Part shown: positions 42,811-58,234 of the stretch, piece after piece
How the letters are laid out: every line of letters begins with the position of its first letter
Position numbering within the stretch: position 1 is the stretch's first letter
NCBI GenBank assembly: GCA_951406725.2
Contig: OX597815.1
Location: 84,630,001-84,694,000 of the forward strand
Source: Octopus vulgaris
Taxonomy: Eukaryota
Direction of reading: 5' to 3'
DNA length: 64,000 nucleotides
The notes under the pieces: model-generated
Database searches by the model: none
The model's input: only the letters and a program-made list of their open reading frames with translations
What the model was told of the DNA's origin: nothing
Made by a program: the position numbers and the translations under genes

Positions 42811-43658
42811 ACTCATGCTCCCATTATGTTATGTGTGCGTATACGTCTATTTCTATATATAAGCCACTGCGTATTCACCCCCTAACCGACATCATATCAA
42901 TTCACTTCATGCTGATAGCTCAATACGAAATAAGATCGTTTTTGTTATTGTTCGGTTGTTTGTTTGCATTTTCTGTTTCATCATTCTGACTTTAGTTTCT
43001 TTGTATTATTTCTTTCATCTTTCTTTTGCATTTCTTGTTTTCGTATACTTTTTTCTCTTTCAATTAAATAAGTAGCAGGTGAGAGTTGAACAGAGAAATA
43101 TTTGTGTAGATAAGACGAGAATGAATACGTATGCGTATGCACATACGTGCATTGGTAAATAAAATATTTCTATGTGTATGTGCGTGCTACTGTGTTAATG
43201 TAGATTGACATAGCATTGAATATAGTTTCTTTCCACGCATTTTAACAATCTCTTCTTATATATACGCTCATGCATAGATGTATATATGTATATATATATA
43301 GAGAGAGAGAGAGAGACTGAGACAGAGACAGAGACAGATGATAAATGTATGCGTGTGTATGTTGGTATATATACCTATACAATGTATATATATATATATA
43401 TGTGTGTGTGTATGGGGATGTAATTGTATCTAAATATAGGTTTATACATAAAGGAATACATACTTATATTTATGTGGGTATGTGGATGTGTGTGCGTGTG
43501 TGTGTATGTATATATATATATATATATATATATGGATGCAAAGATCCATGGATATGTATGTACGCGTTTGTATATTGATGTATCCATTTAAATATGAGAT
43601 TATATTGGATATACTTAATAGTCCCTCTTTAACTTGTCTACTCACTGTTCACCCTTCC

Positions 43659-43739
<81 letters not shown>

Positions 43740-43837
43740 CATATCTCTGTGAGTGTGTATGTGGGTATGTCTGTGTATATGTATGTATATATGTATATAT
43801 ATATATGCATAAACGAAAGTTGAGGAGGTATCAAAGA

Positions 43838-43915
<78 letters not shown>

Positions 43916-44025
43916 CATGTTACTTACACAGGATTATATCCGTTTCGCAACCTCCTTCATGTATTGTTAATTTCATTATGGAATCTTCATCTGATACTAC
44001 TTCACTTCACACTGTCCCAATTATA

Positions 44026-44079
<54 letters not shown>

Positions 44080-44089
44080 GGAACAATGT

Positions 44090-44510
44090 GATGTACCTTA
44101 CTCAAGTACACAAAATTCACGTCTACTCCAGGAATCAGATTTATGACTTCATAATCTTGACCTGGAAAACCTAACCACTACGCTACGTTTCTTCATAATA
44201 TGTTTATATACATACACTTACTTATATAGCGTATGTTTCGGTGAGGAAGGTAACATGGCCTATTGGTTACGGTAATGTACTCACGATCGAGTGATCAAGG
44301 TTTAATTTCCTGGACAGTGTGGTGCATGGTGTTCCTGAACGAATGACTTCATCTCACGTATATCTCTGACAACTACGAGACCTGACGAGTGGTACACCGT
44401 GCACCACCTTTTCAGGCAACGTCGACTTGATGGATAAAGTGAGCTGAAGTTCAGCATAAATATTTGATCACTATAGACAAATCGTTTGCGCAACTTGTTC
44501 GGTAGGAAAT
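44090..44510. mobile_element. Two divergently oriented family C SINE remnants (44090-44195 minus, 44241-44510 plus)
   Basis: Similarity to 22570-22832. A box tggcctattgg and B-like ggtttaatttcc. Confidence 0.6.
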
Positions 44511-44765
44511 TTCAGAATGCCTTTCTCGGATTAAGGACTTCCATCATGTCAGTCAGAGTATATGTGCATTTTTGTGCGTAACTATATAATCAAAGTGACC
44601 TAAAATTTCAGAGAACAGTACTCCGAGTTACTTGTTACAGAAATATTCATTGCGGTCGTTTGTCAGGATTCAGCTCCAAACACAATATAATATATATAGA
44701 CTCTAATATAGTTTTGAGTACACTTTCCCTCGCATTCCTGTTCGCATCGATATAAAATACATACA

Positions 44766-44812
<47 letters not shown>

Positions 44813-45056
44813 GTGTGTGTGTGTGTGCATACACACACTTATGCATAAATATACATCATATATATATATATATATATATAACATATATCTATATATATAT
44901 ACGCACACATATATAGGTGTATGATTGTATGCGAATACAGATATGTTTGTATGTATGTGATTATGTATCTTCATTTACATATGTGTAAATGTGTATATAT
45001 ATATATATACGTGGTATATATATATCTACATGCATACATTTATATGTGTGTGTATA

Positions 45057-45111
<55 letters not shown>

Positions 45112-45259
45112 AAGAAAGGTTTTTGAAAGGAATAACGTAGAAAAAATTAGTGTCAAAACTGTTGATGAAGAAGAAATACAGAACCAGAGAAGACTAACAT
45201 GTGCGTGTACATGTTTGTGAGTGTGTGTATGTGTGTATATGTGTGTGTGTGTGAGTGTG

Positions 45260-45291
<32 letters not shown>

Positions 45292-45738
45292 CGTGCAAGT
45301 GTGCGTGTGTGGAGGGGCACGCGTGTGTGTAATAGAAGGAAACAAATTAAAAAATATATCAGAGATATTATGAATATAATTATGGAAAAGAAACGCATTG
45401 CGGGTCTGAAGGATATGTTATGGTAAATTTTGTAATAGCATGCATGCTTATATCAAACTAATTTAGAGAGAAAAAAAGGAAATATGTTTATCCCTGCAAT
45501 AAATAAATTGCATCAAAAGCAGACGATCGGTTGTTAGAAAGAAAATAAGGTTGAAAGCAAGAAAGAAAGGAGGAAAGGGGAGTAACTAAAAAAAAAACAA
45601 ATGAAAATAGAAAACGAAAGGTTTAATGATTGATTCAATGCAAAGATAAACAACGTAGTCGCGTGTGCATATATTACAGAACAGATACATGTATATATTT
45701 ATGCATAGATATAGATGTAGATAGTTGTATACGTATGT

Positions 45739-45820
<82 letters not shown>

Positions 45821-45839
45821 GTATATATATATGTATATA

Positions 45840-45889
<50 letters not shown>

Positions 45890-45909
45890 CGCGTATATAT
45901 ATTTATATG

Positions 45910-45946
<37 letters not shown>

Positions 45947-45991
45947 AATATATAATATGAAAATATATATATATACATATGTACATTCATA

Positions 45992-46029
<38 letters not shown>

Positions 46030-46531
46030 TATATGTTTGTATATACATATGCACGTCTTTATGTATGTATGTATGTAAAGATTGCGGTGTAATATATCTC
46101 TCTAAATTCACGCCCGCTACCTTTCTGTATTCCTTACTAGTTCTCACAGTTTTTTTTTTTTCTCTAGTTTACTTTGTTTTGTTTTATGTTTTTGTTTATT
46201 TATTTTTTTCTCTTTACATTGTCAATAAAGTTCGAGTAATTATTGACTAGATATGGATTATATTTTCTTTCCTTTTGCAGACGATAGCTTTGGTATTCTT
46301 CATGAGTTTAAGTCTCCCATATGTTTCAGTTTTTTTTTATTTTCCATTCCATTTGGTTGTTTAAATTCTTACTTTACAAAATTCACCTACAAACTCACAT
46401 AATAGAGAAAAATTATGTTCCATAACTTGACAGGTAACATATATACGTGTGTGTGTGTGTGTGTGCGCGTCTGTCTGCATGTGTGTGTACACAACCATAC
46501 ACACACACACACAGATATATATATATTTATG

Positions 46532-46576
<45 letters not shown>

Positions 46577-46875
46577 CACCTGCCGGAGTAACTAATGTGT
46601 TTATGTACTCGAATCATGAAACAAGAAAAGTCTTTAAAGAGAATTTTTAATTCAAAATTCCCGTAGCGTAACAGTGTAGCAATTTTACTGACTGGCGAAA
46701 CGTTCGGCCACATAAAATAATGGAAGGTAGCTCATATCTACGTATTCATTCCGTGTACAATATATATATATATATAGTGCTTTGTATGCATGTATGTATG
46801 TGTATATATATATATATATATACTTACGCATACATATATATACATACATACATATATATATTATATATCTAGAGC

Positions 46876-46925
<50 letters not shown>

Positions 46926-47877
46926 TGTATGTATGTGTGATATTGTTAGAGAAGTAAGAATAAATCAAGAAAATGAATGTTTGAAGGCATGCGAGCGAGG
47001 GAGGCAAAATGGGGGGGGGAGTAGCTTTTATGTTACAAACTTGAAATAGAATAAAAGTACATATTTGAAATTCGTAGTTTGAAAGTTTTTTGGGGTTTTT
47101 TCGGGGTTTTCTTTTTTTGGTTTTTTTTTACCTATAAACAACTTATCGATGTGTAGTGGTGCGATCAGGCACGCACAATGAAGCGCCGTATAATAATACC
47201 AAACTGTAGATAATTTACACTTATCATGATCGGCATGCATGTTTAGGAACACACTAAGAAGAAAATATCGTATGTATTTATATAATATCAGTGTGTTTGC
47301 GTGCTAAGAATATAGGTATATGGGGACACGTAACTGTTTATACACATACAGGCACACATGTGTGTGTGTGGGGGGGGGGAGATGTAACTATGTGCATCCG
47401 TCCATCTGTATGTTTTTATATATAAGCGTATGTGTTGGTACATGAGTCTATGACGAGGTCTTTTTATATGTTGTAAAAGTCTCAAACAATTCAGTCGTAG
47501 TACAATTATTAATACCCTATATTATTCTCCATGGTACGCAGACACATAAACATGAGTGTATAAATACGTTTATGCGTTCTATATGTGTATATTTGCCTGG
47601 CAAGTGAATAACATATACAGTCTGCATAAGCGGTTTCTAGCCAAGGAAAAGGATCATGTAGGGTAAAGCTTTTAATTTTGATATATTCGTTAAAATTTAA
47701 AACATTCATGAATAGGTTATTCGATAAGCTACAGGCATGATAAAGTTTACAACACATTTCCTGCAAAGAAAGCCAGTGGAATAATTCCTCGAGAAATGTA
47801 TTAAATACTAAGTGGACCTCTTTGTAAAATGAGTATTTGGAAAGTCGGTTTTTAATAAAATATATTTCCCAATAACA

Positions 47878-47920
<43 letters not shown>

Positions 47921-48079
47921 CGAGGAGGGGGGGGGAGGAGGAGGAGGGAGGGGGAGGAACAATAAGAAGTACGCAATGCGATTTGTAATAGAAAATGACT
48001 GTTTATTGAACGGATTGAACAATATTTCGGCAAAAAAAAATCCCGCAGAAACAAAGAAATTTAAAATATGGACGAAGAA

Positions 48080-48800
48080 ATCCTGCGTTCCTTTTTAGAT
48101 AAAAGGACATCGTCAGTTATCACTTTTTCATAACTGGTAACAAGGAAAAAGAAAAAAAAAAGCAGGAAAGGGAAAACTTAGTCAAATAGTTGTGTGTAAA
48201 TGTGATGAAATTCACCTGTCATTTTATTCATTCCTCCAGGGTCTGACGTAACAATTCACAAATCATGCATTTTGAGGACTAGAAGTTTTGTAAAGCCAGA
48301 ATAGTTTCCGTGAATGTGAACTTTCAGATGTTACTCAAAATTACAGCTGTTTGATGTAAAATGTTCGGCAAACTCTGTCGAACTACTGCTATAATGCCTG
48401 ACATCATATCTATGCCCAATGAATCTTTTATTTAACTGTTCTGTTGTATAATAAACATAAATCAAGTTGTGTTTGGTGCATTTCGTTACGTACACAGAAT
48501 GGGAATCTTTATACGTCCCACCTTCTGTATAAATCATAACATTTCTATCATGATTTGTGATGGAATTGACTTGACTGTTGTTGTTGCACAATGAACAGGG
48601 TTTATCTCACTTTCGGCCATATTTTGAGATGCAGCGTTCAGAACTCCAATGGTTGTGATTTTAAGGATTGGAGGTAGTGGCTAATAGCTCTCAAATTTTT
48701 ATTGCGTCTAAAGGCTACAATAGACGGCTAAGGAAAATTTTTTGTTTGAGACGAGGATATTTTTTCTGAAATTAGCTGGTAACATTCATAAAGCTCTTTT
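48080..48800 (-). mobile_element. PLE GIY-YIG endonuclease fragment
   Basis: PCSLC..YKDSHSVYVTKCTKHNLIYV..TTEQLNKRFIGHRYDV..TEFAEHF has the CCHH/GIY-YIG pattern of PLE endonucleases. A CTGACGA plus hairpin remnant lies at 48088-48116. Confidence 0.75.
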
Positions 48801-49470
48801 GAAATGCTGACAAAATTAATTACTAAAAGAAAATAGTGTCACTATCTTGTTTAAGAACTTTTACTCAACAAAAATGACCCTTTAAGAGAATCAACCAACT
48901 GAAACAGCTGATGACCGTTCTCCACAAGGAAGCCAAACAGGCAAAACGTCATACTTTAACGAATCAAAAATCAGATCCGTTCGCGAAAAAAATAATAAAT
49001 ACACCGGATTCCGAAAAAACACCGTTACAAGCGCAAGTTCCTGCTCATGACAGAAAGAGAATCACAGAAACTGCAAGCGAAATCCTTGATTTTACAATCT
49101 TCATTTCTCCCTTGTTTTTCTCCCTCTTAACTCAGTATGACTGAAACTTTGATGATATTCATTTCTTGTCGACTACTACTAACACTATTGAAATTTGTAC
49201 ATTTAAACAAGTTGATCCACAGTTTTTATATTATTGATTGTTATGAACATTTAAAATTCTCACATTGAAACTTTTAACATGTTTTTCTAATTCATAATTC
49301 TAAATGTTTACCATTGATAAACAAAAAACATTGTTGAAACTAGTTTTGTATATATGTAAATAAATTTATTTTAAATTAATTACACAAGATTTTCAAATTC
49401 ACGTGCATTTTCAACAACAAATTTGTCTATATATTTTACTGCGTGAAAATACACCCTCACTTCTGTCATA

Positions 49471-49506
<36 letters not shown>

Positions 49507-49586
49507 TGTATGTATGTATGTATGTATGTATGTATGTATGTATGTATGTATGTATGTTTGTATGTATGTATGTATGTATGTATGTA

Positions 49587-50822
49587 TTGTATTGGCAACT
49601 GAGTTGCCGCGGTTTTTTTAAATTTTGGAATTTATTGCGTTTTTAAATTTTGGAGTCTATTTTGTTTTTTGTCTTTTGCTTTTGTTATTTTTTGTTTATT
49701 TTCAGATCATTAAAATGTAATGTCAAGAAAAATGAGCATTTTCGACACGTCCTTTTTGCTTTTAATCAAGGTTCTAAGGCCGCAAAAGCTGCTCGCGACA
49801 TTTTTGCTGTGTATGGAGAGTGTGCCATAGCTGAAAGAACCGTTCGTGATTGGTATGCCAAGTTCAAATATGGAAATTTTGACCTCAAAGGCATACCTCG
49901 TTCTGGCCGTCCAGTTGAGTTCGATGAAGAGCGATTAACCCAACTTTTGCACGACAATTCTCGTCAAATGACAAGGGAACTAGCAGAGAAAATGGAATGC
50001 TTCCACATTGCTATAGAGAAGCATCTTCACTCGATGGGAAGGGTCCAGAAGTATGAAGCATGGGTTCCGCATGCTTTAAGTGACGACAACAAAAATCAAT
50101 GTGCCACAATCTCCGCTGGTTTGCTGGCTCGTCACCGCTCAACTCATGGACACAAGCAACGATTTCTTTACCGAATCGTTACTGGCGGCGAAACATGGTA
50201 TCTGTACATCAATATGAAGCAGCGTAATGAATGGCCTAGCCCCGGTAAACAAGCGACACAGCGCGCGAAACAAGATCTTCATCCGCGTAAAACGATGTTG
50301 TGCGTATGGTGGGACTGGGAAGAGATTATCCATTAAGAATTGCTTGAACGGAACCAAACGGTCAACGCGGAACTCTATGTTCAACAGATGGAACAGCTCA
50401 ACACAGCTATTCGAGAGAAAAGAACTAATCGTCAGCAGTCAGCATGGAGTTCTTCTGCTAAACGACAACGCCCGCCTTCATATCGCCAATATGACCAAGG
50501 ATGCCATTCAAAAGCATAGCTGGGAAATGTTGCCACAGCCGCCGTACTCTCCTGATTTGGCACCAACGTATTTCCACCTCATTCAAATGCTATACGCAGA
50601 GTTTCGCTCAATACTGATGCAGAATTGAGAGCTGGTTGGATCAATTTTTCGAGTAGAAATCAGGTGATTTCTACCCACGAGGTATTGACAATCTTGTTGA
50701 ACGTTGGGAAGAAGTTGTAAATAACAAGGATGAATACATTATTGATTAATTAGCTGTTATTTTTTTTAAACCTTTAAAAATTTTAAATTAAAAAAACAGC
50801 GGGAACTTTGTTGCCATCCTAA
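49587..50822 (+). mobile_element. Full-length mariner transposon (~1.24 kb), defective
   Basis: TA-flanked imperfect TIRs ttgtattggcaactgagttgccgcggttttttt and aaaaaaacagcgggaactttgttgccatcctaa. (TATG)n lies on the left and (TAGA)n on the right. Confidence 0.93.
49715..50748 (+). pseudogene. Mariner DD34D transposase pseudogene
   Basis: RSGRP, WVPHAL, IVTGGETW (first catalytic D mutated), MLCVWWD, NDNARLH, PPYSPDLAP and a NKDEYIID* terminus. Contains a stop at 50336 and frameshifts. Confidence 0.95.
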
Positions 50823-50824
50823 TA

Positions 50825-50996
<172 letters not shown>

Positions 50997-51872
50997 ACCT
51001 ATATATTTTAAGCATCTGGACTACGAACCATATGCTAATACATCTGGACCACGAACCATATGCTTACAACAAAATGAAATACTTTAAAGGTGCCCAAGGC
51101 TGTTGTAGAAATATTTATTATGCAGAACGATGTAATGAATTTATTTACGACGAACAGTTATAAATCATTTGACATTCTACTCCTTCGCACATTTTACTTC
51201 ATCACATGTTGGTCATTTTGAAGGTTTAGTACAGGGGGCGGACTGAGAATATTAGCTGTTCACCGGACTACTTTGAAAGTGTGTTTTGTAGTATTAACAT
51301 GTAGAGTGCGGGTTCCTCAGAGCTCCGGGCCCTTGGGCAGTGCCCAATTTACCGACGGCTCAGTTTGTCCCTGGTGGTTTAGTACAAGACCCATCGCCAC
51401 AGAAAGAATGAACCGGAAATCAGGTGACTACAAAGTGAGTGCTTTAACCGAACGATCATCTTACAAACTACTGACTATATTGTGCACGTTCTCTATTATT
51501 TGCACGACAAAACGCACGCATACACACATATACACATGTATATTATGTATATATTCATCCCTATAAATGTATATCTATAAGAACGAATTTATACACACAC
51601 ACACATATTATCCTTTACTTATTTCAGTCATAGAACTGCGGACGTGCTGTTGCACCGCCTTAAATGTGTATATAAACAAGCCAATTTTCTGCTTTTGTAT
51701 ACACAAACCAAGAAGAAATCTTGCAGAACAGACGTTATTTTAACAAGATACATCTTGTCACCTGAAAAGACACATCTACACCGACAGATACACCTAAACC
51801 AGATGTGCAATAACCCACACGTGAGGAATCGATGCTAGATGCGTTGAAACAACTGTAGTAATCAATAAACAT

Positions 51873-51932
<60 letters not shown>

Positions 51933-51934
<2 letters not shown>

Positions 51935-52229
51935 CAATTAAGGACAACTACTTAATAAGGAAAACTTAACAAGAAATTGTCAGGTAGATAGCGTGAAAAC
52001 CTCATAAGAGAATAAATTTCGAAAATAATTATTTCTTATTGAACATATTAATTTATATATAGAGGGCATTATACATACATGCCAGCGGGCATTATACATA
52101 CATGCCACACGCTAAGAGGGACAATTAGTCATTTCTACCAAAAATATTTTTGGTAGAAATGACTAATTGTCCCTCTTAGCGTGTGGCATGTATGTATAAT
52201 GCCCGCTGGCATGTATGTATAATGCCCTC

Positions 52230-52240
<11 letters not shown>
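51933..52240. mobile_element. TA-flanked fold-back mini-element containing a perfect 190-bp palindrome (52051-52240)
   Basis: Centre ctaccaaaaat|atttttggtag with no spacer. Each arm holds a tandem duplication of gggcattatacatacatgcca. A ~118-bp leader precedes it and (TA)n lies on both sides. Confidence 0.75.
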
Positions 52241-52275
<35 letters not shown>

Positions 52276-52514
52276 CTAGATAAGCAACAGGATATCCTGT
52301 TGCTTATTTTGATTTTATTCACTTACTTCGAGCTGTGCGGATAATACCGGACTGACTTGGTGCCTCAACTTAGGTACCGAATTCAACTGATTATATATAT
52401 ATATACATGTATATGCATGCATGTATGCATGTATGTATGTATGTGTATGTGTGTGTGTGTGTTTGTGTATGTGTGTGTTTGTGTATGTATGTGTATGTGT
52501 GCATGTGTGTTTAG

Positions 52515-52680
52515 CAGGCTTATTTTCACTTTCCGTCTATCAAATCATATTCACTCAGAAGGCCTACGTGGGCCTGGGTCTGTAGTTGGAAAATGTGCCC
52601 AAGGAGCAGCACAATGGAACTGAACACGGAACCATGTGGTTGGGAAGCAATCTTCTTACTACACAACAACTCCTATGCGT
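52515..52680 (-). mobile_element. Diverged family A SINE 5' half
   Basis: Similar to 21660-21820. Confidence 0.7.
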
Positions 52681-52767
52681 ATACATTTATTAATAAGCAC
52701 ACGTATCTATATAAATTGATAAATGTTTCGATATATATATATATATATATGTATATATATGTATATA

Positions 52768-52805
<38 letters not shown>

Positions 52806-52807
52806 TA

Positions 52808-52931
<124 letters not shown>

Positions 52932-53496
52932 CAGGGGGCTATGAACGACAAAATAACGTTTGTTTTTGTGCGTGCGTATATACATACACTCAAGCATGCA
53001 ATTGGAATAATGCGTGTTTACACTGCTTGGATGTTCAGTTCCGTAACACACTTTTATTTCGTTTCCGTCTTAATGACATCGGTCCCACCCTCTCACTTCT
53101 TACTTTACCCAGACTTTCTCTTTCTTTCTTGTCTTCTTCTAATCCATCTTACTCTCGCCCCTCTTTCACGCCTTCTTTCTCCAGTTATCTCCCCTTAACT
53201 CCACCTCAACCACCAACTTCCTATTCAAAATGTCATACTATATCATATCTCAGACACTCTCTTCAAGGCTCTCTTTCTCTCTCCTTCCGAGTCTTTCACC
53301 CTCCAAGTTTCTCTCTCTCTCTCTTCCACTCTGTCTCTTCCACTCTCTCTCTCCCACTCTCTCTCTCTCCCCCACTCTTTCTAATTCCCGTTGTTTCCAT
53401 TATAGTAATGTAGACTATTATTATTCACTGTCCTTATATGTTGCTTCAATACTTCAGTCATATTCATACACACACGTATGTAAAACACAGAAAGTG

Positions 53497-53570
<74 letters not shown>

Positions 53571-54849
53571 TCTATCTCTCCTCTCTCTCTCTCTCTCTAT
53601 CTATCTATTTATCTATCTATGTAACTTTATGTATGTTTTTTGTGTGTTTGTGTCTGTCTATCTGTCTATCTGTCTGTTCATCTGTCTTCCTCTTTTGTCT
53701 CTCCTTTTTACATGATATAATTCATATCTCTCTCCTCCTCTCACCCCTCTCTCTCCAGCCGCTTTCTTCTCCATCTCTTGTTCCCCTTATTTTCTATTTC
53801 TTTATCCTTATTTGATTTAGCATTTCTCCATTATCGCAAGCCTATAGTCACCATTTTCGCTCCGCGTATGTATTTATCTACCAATCTATATATTTGTCTG
53901 TCTGTCTCTTTATCTAAGTATCCATCCCTCTATCGCTCTGTCTGTCTGTCTGTCGATCCGTCATTCCGTCTGTCGGTCTGTCTTTCCGCCCATCTGCTCT
54001 CATTATACCTCTTTATTTCTTCATCTTTTATACTAACCATTCTATATCACTTCTTTCCTCGCTCTCTTTCCAACTCATTACTTCTCTAACTCACTCTTCT
54101 TTCTCTCTCTCTCTTTCTCTCTTCCTCTTTTTCTCTCTTTTTCTTCCCTTCTTTCCCTCTCTGTGTGTCCTGCGTGTGTGTGTATGTGTGTATGTATTGC
54201 AATTATTCTCTTTATGTCAATTTATCCTGAAACCCATCATCTCTTTCCACTTTCCATTGACATCCATCAGGCCTCAATTCTCATCTCTTTCTTCCTCTTT
54301 CTCTCTCTCTTTCTCTCTGTCTCTCTCTTCCTCTCTCCCCTTGTGTGTTTTTACATGTGTGTGTGTGTGTGTGTTTCTCTGTTTATGCCTTTCTCTCCCC
54401 TGGCTGTTTTTTTCCTTGTCAATAATTATTTCAGCTTCGCTATCAAGGACACGTTATGACAACAGCAATAGAACATTGCCCTGAATAAACACATCCAAGC
54501 TCAGCAAATGTTTCTGTTCTACATAATTATAATATCTATTATAGTAAGTATTACAATACTTGTTTGTCACATACTGTTGTCAACAACCGATAATGCAATA
54601 TGAGGTTTCGATACCAAGACGAAATTTTTGTTTTGCTTATTCTGTAGTTTCTTATATACGTGTCAGATGTATGCCTCACTCTTACACAATCATAAAAACA
54701 TCGTAAATAATGATGTGTTATTAAAACACACATTATAGTGAAGTACAGTTTTATATTTAAGAACATCTTAGAGCTTCAAAGTGCAATGAAACTTAATGTA
54801 GTGTTTATACTTCATATATGCTGAAGATTCTAGTTTCCTTACTACGTAG

Positions 54850-55005
54850 GTGAGCTGCTAATATTTCAGCAGTTATTTCGCCGAGGTAGATTTTGCCTTT
54901 CATTCTTTCGGGGTCGATAAAATAAGTACCAGTTGAATACTGGTGTGGTCGATGAAACCGAATTACACCCTTCCCTGATATTACTGGCCTTGAGTAAAAT
55001 ATTAA
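54850..55005 (+). mobile_element. Family B SINE remnant
   Basis: cgccgaggtagattttgcctttcattctttcggggtcgataaaataagtaccagtt. Confidence 0.75.
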
Positions 55006-55205
55006 ACCTAATATCTCAACAATTGTAAAATTAGGTTACATATAAATTGAAATGCATATTTGATTTAGTTAGTAATGAGTAAAGGTTTCTATTCATATCA
55101 TGGCATCAGGATTGAGTGGAAACTTATGAAATTAACAAATGGAAAATTACGCTTACTGCTATACTTGCGTCTCAATGCCAAGAACTAAGCGATATAAGGT
55201 ACAGA

Positions 55206-55242
<37 letters not shown>

Positions 55243-55496
55243 ACACACACACACACACACACACATAGAGAGACAGACAGAGAGAGCAAGGAGGGAGACG
55301 TGAGTGTATCTGCGTGTGTGCATTTGTTATATCCTTATGGATAAACGAATACACTGCAACAGTGTAATAAAAATATAATCGAAACAAAAAGGCAGTAACC
55401 ACATGAAATGTAACAACAATCTTTTAAGAACCAGTAATCCAGCACGTTAACTCGAACTGTAAACTTTGAACTACCAACACACGAACTAGCACGATG

Positions 55497-57612
55497 ATTT
55501 TATTAAAGCCACAAGGGTTAAACAAAGAGGGGACAATACACGGGACAAATAGGGATCGAGGACTTGTCGGATGAGATTACATATAGTGAATAAAAACATT
55601 ATAACTGCGAATGAAAATGAAGGAATGAATGGATGCGGAATGGGTTTGACGCCCACCAACCACATTCCTGCGTTGAACTATTTACTTCGTCCCCCCCCCC
55701 CCCCCCGCTTAACTACTTTTTTTACATAAGGCATTTCTTCTTCAGGCATACTTTCCCTCTGAAGTGATATAAAAAGAGGTTAACAAAATCATGCCCGGAG
55801 ACGAAGGTGTCTGATGCGATACTTCATTCATGCGTCTTCGATATCACCTCTTTCGCTATAGCTATTATGGCCAGAAAGCAGAATTTCTCTTCTCCTTTTA
55901 ACGAAGGCGGCAGAACGTTCTTAAAAATCGACTCGGCTGACGGCTGTACTCTCCCCAGCAGTGACAATACTCGTACGGTAGAAAGCCAGAGGTCCGAGAG
56001 ACTCGAACACTGCACGATTTTATGCAAAATAGTTTCGTTGCTCTGCCAGCAACGTGGGCACGTAGGCGAATCCGTGACGCCGTGCCTCGCAATTTTATCC
56101 CGAACTGGCAAGGCACTTCGGAAGCACAGCCAAGCCAGGGATCTCTGGAAGTTGTCCATAGGTCCCGTACCGAAAGCCCTTCGATGCATGTTGGCAAGCT
56201 GACTTTCATCGAAGCCCAGAGTCGCTCCAGGCCGTCATCATACTTGCCCTCTACCAGCCCTTTGTAGTAAGCCGATGTGGCACCCCCTCCGCTGGCATTG
56301 CTCGTTCGGGAGAGAAACCCGAGCGCCTGTCGACACTCTGCTTGCCAAGCTCCCAGACTTGGTCTACGCCTAATCCAGCATTCCAGTTTACCAAAAGAGA
56401 AATATCTCATCAACGAACGGAGACCACAAAGCTCACCGTCCAGGTAGAGCCAGAGATGCCCCAACCTCAGCGCATGCCTGTGCATCTTTAGCTACGGCAT
56501 CCTTAACCCACCCTTTTGTGACTGTTGGCAGCAGATAGAGCGCCTTAAAAGAGGCCACCTGCCCTCCCGCAAGAAGTGAAAGAACATGCGTTCCAACTTG
56601 TTTAGCCTTATCGGGGCACGGCACAACGGTTAGGCGGTAGGTAATGACAGATACGATAAACACATTTGCCACCTCCGCACTTCCTTTTAGGGATAGCCTC
56701 TACCCAGACCAGATCTGAGTTATAGACGCCACCCTGCCTGTAACCTTACTCCAATTCTTCTCTATCTGGAAGTCTGGACCAAACCAGACCCCAAGCACCG
56801 GACCGTCTGTTCAGCGTCCGACGACGCTGTTGGATCGCATCGACTTGCCTCTTCAGGTGCCGAGCTGCAAGCCGACCGATTTATCCCGGTTACTTCTTGC
56901 TCCTGCCACCGCTTCGTAATCCTTTAGGGCCTCACCTAACCTCTTTAGGTCCTGGTCCCTAGATACGTTGACAGTGACATTGTCCGCAAACGCTGTGACT
57001 GACTTTCCATAACCTAAATTTTGCAGGTCTCCATTCGTCGTCTTCAATCTTTACAATAGTGGCTCAAGAGCCAATACATACAGCAGAGACGAAAGTGGAC
57101 AACCTTGACGAACCGAGCGTTCGATATTGAACGGCTCCTAAAAGAGACCGTTCACCCGAACTACCGACCTGATGCTGCTATATAAAGCATTGATCCAGCC
57201 GCGGAATGTCGTGCCAAAGCCTGCTGCCTCTAGGACCACCGCCAGATACCGACAGTCTACCCTATCAAAGGCCTTGGATTGGTCTAATTGGACTAACGCT
57301 CAACCCTTGCCAGATTCTATTTACCCTTTCTAGGAATCCTATTGACGCTTTCTAAAGTATAGCGTATAGGGCGGAGATGATCGTGTATAGTCCTGCCGGG
57401 CATGGTGTGGGTCTGCGCCTCTCCAACGACACCATCTACGACTTTCGTCAAACTTTTTGCTAATACTTTGGCCAGAATCTTCAACTCTGCGTTAAGCAGA
57501 ATGAGGGACCTAAAGTTGTCAATTACGTGCCCCTTGTTTGGGTCCTTCCTGATCAGTGCCACCACTTTCCGGCTCACAGACGCAGGAATACTACCGTTCT
57601 GCACGAACAACC
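55497..57612 (-). mobile_element. L1/Tx1-clade LINE, 5'-truncated (RT plus zf-RVT), pseudogenised
   Basis: NFRSLILLNAELKILAKVLA, LDQSKALDRVD, VRQGCPLS, AFADNVTV, NRDKSVGLQLG and LPVRDKIARHG..TCPRC..ETILH. A minus-strand AATAAA lies near 55499-55504. Confidence 0.92.
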
Positions 57613-57695
57613 TCATTTACTCAGACCGCTGCTATTTATATGTAGTGGTTCAGTCTAGTCTTTCCAGGGGTCGTCGTACTTTTGCACAACAGCGT

Positions 57696-57696
57696 T

Positions 57697-57793
<97 letters not shown>

Positions 57794-57797
57794 TAGA
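57696..57797. repeat. (GATA)n/(GACA)n microsatellite
   Basis: Direct reading. Confidence 0.95.
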
Positions 57798-58234
57798 TGT
57801 GGAAACAGCAGAGAAGCTTGTTTGAATATATTTTTACTTCTTTAAATTCATAGGATAATTATTTTCATATTTGTTATAAAATATTACCGGGTTCGATGTG
57901 TATATCCATCGTATCAAAAAATAAAAATTCCTAGGCAAGGATTAAGAAATAAGAAAAAATACGAAATAAAGAAAAACTGGAAAGAGAACACTTTGTTCTC
58001 ATATTTTGTGCGTGGCTAAGAACATGTTTGTCTAATCCTAAAAATATACATATTTCGACTTGCAGACGTGTTTCCAAATTCTTGCTCACAGTGGTCAAAA
58101 CGTAGCATTCTGTAGCAACTAAAATGATAATGATAATATATATGGTGATGAGAACAAATTCTCATCATCCTGAGATTAAACAAGTTGTAGAATATATCTT
58201 ATATAGTAAATATGTTGAATATGAGTCACCAATA

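Noticed and set aside
49650-50628. SETMAR-like domesticated gene
   Set aside because: There is no SET domain, TIRs are present and the catalytic motif is mutated, so it is a dead mariner.
51012-51068. Short ~29-bp tandem duplication (similar small duplications at 19287-19312 and 26146-26186)
   Set aside because: Only two units with no spacers. This is ordinary slippage, not a CRISPR-like array.
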